DNA of 64,000 nt from a virus, in the IMG/VR virus record IMGVR_UViG_3300037628_000643, positions 32,001 to 96,000 of that record; one strand, 5' to 3'. Positions 58,728 through 64,000 of the stretch are shown in pieces. A model generated the notes under the pieces. It made no database searches, had not been told where the DNA came from, and saw only the letters and a program-made list of their open reading frames with translations. Positions within the stretch are counted from its first letter, which is position 1. Each line of letters opens with the position of its first letter. The translations under genes and the position numbers were made by a program.

Positions 58728-59751
58728 CGCATACAAATTAAAAGCATACACATCAAAAGAGGGTGTTTTTGTAGCTGAGGTACAGAAGTATAGCTATGGA
58801 TACTACCCAATTAAGTTTGATGTTTATAGAATCAACGATAAAGACCCTAAATTAACAGCAAGCGGTTATTGGTTTTTCTTTCCAGATAAAGATATTTTTT
58901 CTGTCAAAAGAAAAGTTAATCCAAAGAATATTAATCATAGATACATCCTAAAAGATGATTCCATGAAGTCAAAAAAAATACCGTTAAAGCTATCGAGAGA
59001 AGATGTTGGGTATAGTCAAGATAGTGACTATGATACATACTGGAAAAACTTTAGCAGCCTAAGATCATTGTATAAAGAAATATATGATACAACTGAAGGA
59101 TCGTGGGAAGAGATTGATTTTACCGTTGATGTAATCGGTGATATTGAAATTAGTGATTTATCTAAACCTGAGTCAATGGTGGTTTCTGTGCTTAATGATG
59201 AAAGTTGGACGCACCAAGGGGTAAAAGAAATAGATATAATGGATGTTGCTATATTTTCAGAGTTAGAGCAAATGCTCGTTCCAGAGTTTGCAATCCACAA
59301 GCGACCATGCTCTATTTCCTCAAAAATTACTTACAGTATCGTGCGACAGTATGTAAAAGATAATTTGAACTCATCAGTAGCTTTGATTACGTCTGATTAT
59401 AAATTTTGCTTCACTGTTAAAAAGAAAGTAAAGATAAAGCCATACGAATTACGATCTGAACAAAAAAAATCAAACGGTAGAAGTTACGCAAAACCAAGAA
59501 TATCTTCAAAGAATGTAGACCATAAGCAAATTGAAGTATTTGCTATGACGCATGCTGGCGAAAATTACAAAGGATACATTCCAATTAAAGGATTCAAAGG
59601 TGAGTCCATTAACGACCTCATTGAGAATGTTAAATTATACTTGGATGAACTAATGCAGCACATTAACTCAGACGTAAGCGAATGCGAGCATTGTAGTGGG
59701 TATGGGCACGTAATGACAGGGAGCCATAGTTTAAATGGAGAAAGAGTATGA
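58720..59751 (+). CDS. hypothetical protein
   Basis: 343 aa, C-terminal CEHCSGYG. Confidence 0.75.
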   Translation: MTDAYKLKAYTSKEGVFVAEVQKYSYGYYPIKFDVYRINDKDPKLTASGYWFFFPDKDIFSVKRKVNPKNINHRYILKDDSMKSKKIPLKLSREDVGYSQDSDYDTYWKNFSSLRSLYKEIYDTTEGSWEEIDFTVDVIGDIEISDLSKPESMVVSVLNDESWTHQGVKEIDIMDVAIFSELEQMLVPEFAIHKRPCSISSKITYSIVRQYVKDNLNSSVALITSDYKFCFTVKKKVKIKPYELRSEQKKSNGRSYAKPRISSKNVDHKQIEVFAMTHAGENYKGYIPIKGFKGESINDLIENVKLYLDELMQHINSDVSECEHCSGYGHVMTGSHSLNGERV

Positions 59752-60182
59752 AAACACTAGAAAAGTTAAATGCCTTTGCCAAAAAGCATGAGGTTACTTT
59801 AATTGAAAAAGGAGAATGTGGATTTGGGCGACCATGTGTAGGGTTCACCTCAGAGAGTGGAAATTATGTCGATTATAATCCAATACGCATGCATGGCGAT
59901 TATGACTATATTCTTGAATACGATGACAAGCTAGAGCCACCAGATAATATAGATGCATACCATAAGCACGAATGCTTTGCTGTATTGGTATCACACGATA
60001 ATTATGCTACAGCACTGGGCGAACTTCTTGAATGGGTTGAGCATCTAGATTCGCAAGGTTCTTTATATCTATCTCCCTATTCAACTGGAGCAACTGGAAT
60101 GCAGGCAATGATATCGGGAGCGACAGGATGGGCATTTAGATTTGAAGAAGATGATTTGAAATTGCCAGTAAAATTTGTATAG
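59748..60182 (+). CDS. hypothetical protein
   Basis: GECGFGRPCVG and AYHKH.C motifs. Confidence 0.7.
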   Translation: MKTLEKLNAFAKKHEVTLIEKGECGFGRPCVGFTSESGNYVDYNPIRMHGDYDYILEYDDKLEPPDNIDAYHKHECFAVLVSHDNYATALGELLEWVEHLDSQGSLYLSPYSTGATGMQAMISGATGWAFRFEEDDLKLPVKFV

Positions 60183-60192
60183 GAGAAAGAAT

Positions 60193-60393
60193 ATGAAATT
60201 AGAAATTAAAGTAACTGGCCCTACTGGAAGCGGCACTGGATTCACTATTATTAAAATATTAGATTTTCTTAAAAATAGTGATGAATTTCAGTTGGCAAAT
60301 CTTAAAGAGTGGGGAGATGATGGTTATCATAATGAAAGTGTTGAGTGTGATATCTTGTGTCTCCTCGGTAATGAGAAGGACAATAAATCATGA
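60193..60393 (+). CDS. small hypothetical protein with degenerate P-loop-like motif
   Basis: IKVTGPTGSGT; AGGAG RBS. Confidence 0.55.
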   Translation: MKLEIKVTGPTGSGTGFTIIKILDFLKNSDEFQLANLKEWGDDGYHNESVECDILCLLGNEKDNKS

Positions 60394-60827
60394 AAACACT
60401 AACAAACACAAACGCAATTGACTACATGCTAGCTGATGATAATCGTGCTCTTTTGCATGTTGTTAATTGCAAATCTGTGATGGCCTCTGGAATCGCATTG
60501 GAAATCAAAAACAGGATTCCAGAGGCATATAAAGAGTACTTGAAAGCAAATCAAAAGCTTGGTAATATTTCCTTTGGTGGTCGAGTGGTCAATCTTTATG
60601 CGCAAGACCTCTACGGAATAGGCAGGCGTCAACTGAATTACGGTGCTTTATCTGCGTGCTTCTCTTATTTCAAAATGCTTTGTGAAAATGAAACTTTTGA
60701 AATCGTAATCCCTTACCTAATGGGCTGCGATAGAGCCGGAGGTGATTGGGAGGTCGTCATGGAATTAATTGAATTTGGATTAAGTGATTTTAATGTGACT
60801 ATTTGTGCTATTGGAGATGTGAAATGA
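60390..60827 (+). CDS. macrodomain protein (Poa1p/DarG-like)
   Basis: H.VNC...M.SGIA..IK...P, VNLYAQ, P..MGC..AGGDW. Confidence 0.88.
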   Translation: MKTLTNTNAIDYMLADDNRALLHVVNCKSVMASGIALEIKNRIPEAYKEYLKANQKLGNISFGGRVVNLYAQDLYGIGRRQLNYGALSACFSYFKMLCENETFEIVIPYLMGCDRAGGDWEVVMELIEFGLSDFNVTICAIGDVK

Positions 60828-61186
60828 GAGATATTTTATTCGAAATATACTTATGGATTCGTGTAACATTTAATCCTAAATATTGGCTGTCAAATTATTC
60901 AATATCAAAAGAATGGGATATTCAAGTTAGGGCTGCAATATCCCATGGGGCCATAATTAAGAGGGTTGATCAGTACCGCATATCTATTGGTTGCTTGCAG
61001 GGTGTATGGGGTGCAAGCTATCCTTGCGCATACTGTGAAGACCCTATAAAGAACGGTGTTCCAACAAGAAGAACAAGGCTGTTAGTTAGGATGCTTGAGG
61101 ATAACTCTGAATCAGAAAATGCACAGAAGAAGCGGAGAGAGGATGTTTTTGATAAGATTATGGGGAGGCAAAATGAAACACGCTGA
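60824..61186 (+). CDS. hypothetical protein
   Basis: ATGA overlap with macrodomain gene. Confidence 0.6.
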   Translation: MRDILFEIYLWIRVTFNPKYWLSNYSISKEWDIQVRAAISHGAIIKRVDQYRISIGCLQGVWGASYPCAYCEDPIKNGVPTRRTRLLVRMLEDNSESENAQKKRREDVFDKIMGRQNETR

Positions 61187-61331
61187 AAAAGCCATCTGCT
61201 GCATTGACGCAGCTCTAGCTGAAATTGAGAGCGCTATAAAAGAAGATCCTGCTCATATAGATTGGTACTTAGCTGCGAAGGAAAAACTTATTTCCGCAGA
61301 TAGTTATCTTACATATTGCATTGAAGATTAA
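61173..61331 (+). CDS. small hypothetical protein
   Basis: GGAGG RBS before ATG 61173. Confidence 0.55.
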   Translation: MKHAEKAICCIDAALAEIESAIKEDPAHIDWYLAAKEKLISADSYLTYCIED

Positions 61332-61348
61332 TTAGGAGGAACTAATAA

Positions 61349-62218
61349 ATGAATTTCAAACTAATATGCACAACAAGAAATAATTATGAAATCAAATACA
61401 GCCGCAAGACATTTGCAGGAGGTGAGGTTCAAGTAAAGCTACTTAAGTATCCTGTCGGAGACACTTTTGGGCCAGTACTGATTGATGGCTTAATTAAGTC
61501 GTCTGATATGTTGATGGAGTTATTACTGCTAGCTAATGCACTTCATCACTCAGGCAAGAGTGGGAAAATATCGGCTAATATTCATTATTTGCCGTATGCT
61601 AGGCAAGACAGGATATGTACTTTAGGAGAGTCTTTTGCATTAGAAAACTTCATGCATACACTGACTAATAGTTGCTTGGAGCACATTATAGTTGAGGATG
61701 TTCATTCTGACGTAGCCATATTGTTGGCAAATAAAATTCACTCCGGTGGATGCTGGAGCTTTATCAGTCAGACGGATATAGTCTCTCCGCACATTCCGCA
61801 AGGAGTCACACTAATTTCTCCAGACAAAGGTGCTTTAAGAAAAACAATTGCATCCGCCATTGCTACTGATAATAATTTTGTCACCTTTAATAAAGTTCGA
61901 GATCCGCATTCTGGTTCTATTTCTGGTACAGAGATTATTGATGGAGAGGAATTTGTTGATGGCAAAGTTTGTTTGATACTGGATGATATTCTCGATGGAG
62001 GGCGTACGTTTGTGCCAATTATAGAAAAACTGTTTGACAAAGGAGCTAAGGCAGTATATCTTTACGCAACTCACGCAATCCTTCCTTATGGGTTAGATGC
62101 TGTAATGAATGTAGGATGCGATGGAGTCTTTTACAAAAACAGCTTTAGAGATGACACTGATGGAGAATTGTTCTATCATGTCTCAAAAATGAAATCAACA
62201 CTGGAGGAAAAACTATGA
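61349..62218 (+). CDS. ribose-phosphate pyrophosphokinase-like enzyme (NARP1 Adps candidate)
   Basis: F.GGE, YLPYARQDR, D.HS, SPD.GA, K.RD, DDI.DGG.TF, TH. Confidence 0.9.
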   Translation: MNFKLICTTRNNYEIKYSRKTFAGGEVQVKLLKYPVGDTFGPVLIDGLIKSSDMLMELLLLANALHHSGKSGKISANIHYLPYARQDRICTLGESFALENFMHTLTNSCLEHIIVEDVHSDVAILLANKIHSGGCWSFISQTDIVSPHIPQGVTLISPDKGALRKTIASAIATDNNFVTFNKVRDPHSGSISGTEIIDGEEFVDGKVCLILDDILDGGRTFVPIIEKLFDKGAKAVYLYATHAILPYGLDAVMNVGCDGVFYKNSFRDDTDGELFYHVSKMKSTLEEKL

Positions 62219-63978
62219 CTAAAATTATTACATCGCCGATCTTTGACACCGATTTTTATAAAGTAGGACACGCCAGCCAATATCCAAAAGGCACTAAAAA
62301 AATCTACTCAAACATGACGCCAAGAAGCGCTCGGCTATTCAAGGGGAGTAAATTCTTTGACGATAAGGTTGTTGTGATTGGCTTGCAGTCATTTGTCCAA
62401 GAGTATTTGATTGATACTTGGAATAATGAATTCTTTAAAAAATCGAAAGAAGAGATTATAGAAGCATATATCGAAACCATGGATTTTTCCTTGGGCGAAG
62501 GAGTTGTTCTTCCAGATCACGTTGTAGCGCTTCACGACTTGGGTTATTTGCCGTTACGAATCAAAGCAATCGAAGAAGGTAACCGAGTCAATATCCGAGT
62601 TCCAATCACTACGATTACCGAGACTATCAGCGAGTTTTTCTGGCTTGTTAATTACCTTGAGACTCCAAAATCTTCAGAACTGTGGCACCCAATGACAAGC
62701 GCAACAACAGCCTTTGAATTTAAGCGTATCTTTGTAGATGCAGCCATTAAAACAGGATCTCCAGTTGATTTCGCAGCTCTACAGGGTCACGATTTTTCAG
62801 CTAGAGGGATGCAAAACAGGCAGTCTGCCTCTAAAAATATAGGACACCTACTCCCTTTTATTGGTACAGATACTATTTCGGCAATCCAATGGATTAAGAA
62901 GTATTACTTTCCTTCTGAAGGAGATCCAGTAGGGGTTAGCGTGCCAGCAACAGAGCATTCTGTTAGCTCTCTGAATATTGCGCTAAATATGATTCGAACA
63001 GGATGCTCACAACTGGAAGCTGAGCGTCAATTCATTAAGCGACTAATTACTGAGCAATATCCCACTGGAATTGTGTCAATTGTTAGTGATACATATGATT
63101 ATTACAGCATTATAACCGAAGTAATTCCTTCGTTAAAAGAAGAAATTATGTCTAGACAGCCTAATGCTATTGGCTTGAACAAGGTTGTTGTTCGACCTGA
63201 TAGCGGAGATCCAGTCAGGATTATTTGTGGCGATGAATTCAAGACTATAAAGAACGAACCAGACACGTTAGATGAATGGAAGGAGTGGGTAGCAGAGTCT
63301 ATGGACGACCAGTTCCGCACTAATCTTGATGCAGAAGAGCCTCATTCGTCAGAAACAGAGCTATGGCAGCGTGGAAATGAATACTACAAAGTAACATACG
63401 AGCCAGATCTAAATCGCCATGATAAGCAATATTATTATGTTGATAACTACGGCTCAGCTGTTAGTAGGTGCGAATTCACTGGAATTACTCCAACACCTGA
63501 GCAAAAAGGCTCAATCCAGTGTTTGTGGGAAACATTCGGTGGCACAATTACAAGTACTGGGCATAAGTTGCTCGATGAGCATATTGGTCTTATCTATGGT
63601 GATTCAATCACTCTGGCGAGAGCTCAAGAAATTATGGATCGACTAGCTGATAAAGGTTTTGCTAGTGGTAACGTAGTTATGGGTATCGGGAGTTATGAAT
63701 ATGGGATGAAATCACGAGACACCTTCGGCTTCGCAATCAAGGCAACGTATGCAGAAGTTGACGATTTAAAGATCGATATCTACAAAGACCCAAAAACTGG
63801 AGATGGAACAAAGACTTCGGCAAAAGGTTTGTTACGAGTTGAAAAAGAAGGCGATGACTATGTGCTTTATGATCAACAGGAAACAGATGAGGGCGGAGAG
63901 CTGAAGGTCGTCTTCGAAGATGGAGTTGCGCACAACATCCAAACTTGGGATGAAATTAAAGCGCGATTAAATAAGTAA
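62215..63978 (+). CDS. nicotinamide phosphoribosyltransferase-like enzyme (NARP1 Namat candidate)
   Basis: TDFYK..H..QYP, HDFS.RG, GTDT, PATEHSV, S.VSDTYD, RPDSGDP, IYGDSI, RDT.GFA.KAT, KDPKT...K.SAKG. Confidence 0.92.
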   Translation: MTKIITSPIFDTDFYKVGHASQYPKGTKKIYSNMTPRSARLFKGSKFFDDKVVVIGLQSFVQEYLIDTWNNEFFKKSKEEIIEAYIETMDFSLGEGVVLPDHVVALHDLGYLPLRIKAIEEGNRVNIRVPITTITETISEFFWLVNYLETPKSSELWHPMTSATTAFEFKRIFVDAAIKTGSPVDFAALQGHDFSARGMQNRQSASKNIGHLLPFIGTDTISAIQWIKKYYFPSEGDPVGVSVPATEHSVSSLNIALNMIRTGCSQLEAERQFIKRLITEQYPTGIVSIVSDTYDYYSIITEVIPSLKEEIMSRQPNAIGLNKVVVRPDSGDPVRIICGDEFKTIKNEPDTLDEWKEWVAESMDDQFRTNLDAEEPHSSETELWQRGNEYYKVTYEPDLNRHDKQYYYVDNYGSAVSRCEFTGITPTPEQKGSIQCLWETFGGTITSTGHKLLDEHIGLIYGDSITLARAQEIMDRLADKGFASGNVVMGIGSYEYGMKSRDTFGFAIKATYAEVDDLKIDIYKDPKTGDGTKTSAKGLLRVEKEGDDYVLYDQQETDEGGELKVVFEDGVAHNIQTWDEIKARLNK

Positions 63979-64000
63979 ACAAATAAGTTGACACAACATG

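Noticed and set aside
1-64000. Genome-wide TAG reassignment as explanation of the SSB extension
   Set aside because: Genes are intact in the standard code and several end in TAG abutting or overlapping the next start (18116-18118, 35771, 50713, 53974)

Overview
A 64 kb segment of an AT-rich, long-tailed (siphovirus-type) dsDNA phage, probably infecting a Gram-negative host (inferred from spanins, an outer-membrane moron and sigma70-type promoters). No integrase, repressor, terminase gene, DNA polymerase, tRNA or CRISPR array is seen. Layout: (1) 1-27 kb, + strand morphogenesis and lysis: portal, scaffold, capsid, two paralogous decoration-like proteins, a 974 aa fibre in the head module, neck, tail tube, frameshifted tail chaperone, tape measure, tail tip, PagP-like moron, tail fibre, GH108 endolysin, holin, spanins. 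(2) 27-37.3 kb, - strand replication/recombination arm: RadD-like helicase, PD-(D/E)XK nuclease, DUF669 SSB, Sak4, primase-polymerase. (3) A symmetric non-coding divergence region at 37.3-37.6 kb (candidate origin). (4) 37.6-64 kb, + strand metabolism and accessory arm: RuvC-like resolvase, BCS1-like AAA, ThyA, PhoH, DNA methyltransferase, beta clamp, ClpP-like, A1-like phosphoesterase, thioredoxin, class II RNR, macrodomain and a PRS-like + NAMPT-like pair (NARP1-type NAD+ rebuilding pathway). Six free-standing homing endonuclease genes are present. Best hidden signals not shown by the ORF track: an SSB whose acidic tip (DFDDFDSDEIPF) lies in frame behind an amber stop; an HNH cassette that brought a recoded replacement 3' end of the methyltransferase and left the old end stranded; an ORF-less 230 nt group I intron splitting the catalytic Cys codon of nrdJ; an o-spanin-like gene without a lipobox; and promoters built into hairpins. 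All family assignments are from motif recognition by eye, not database searches.
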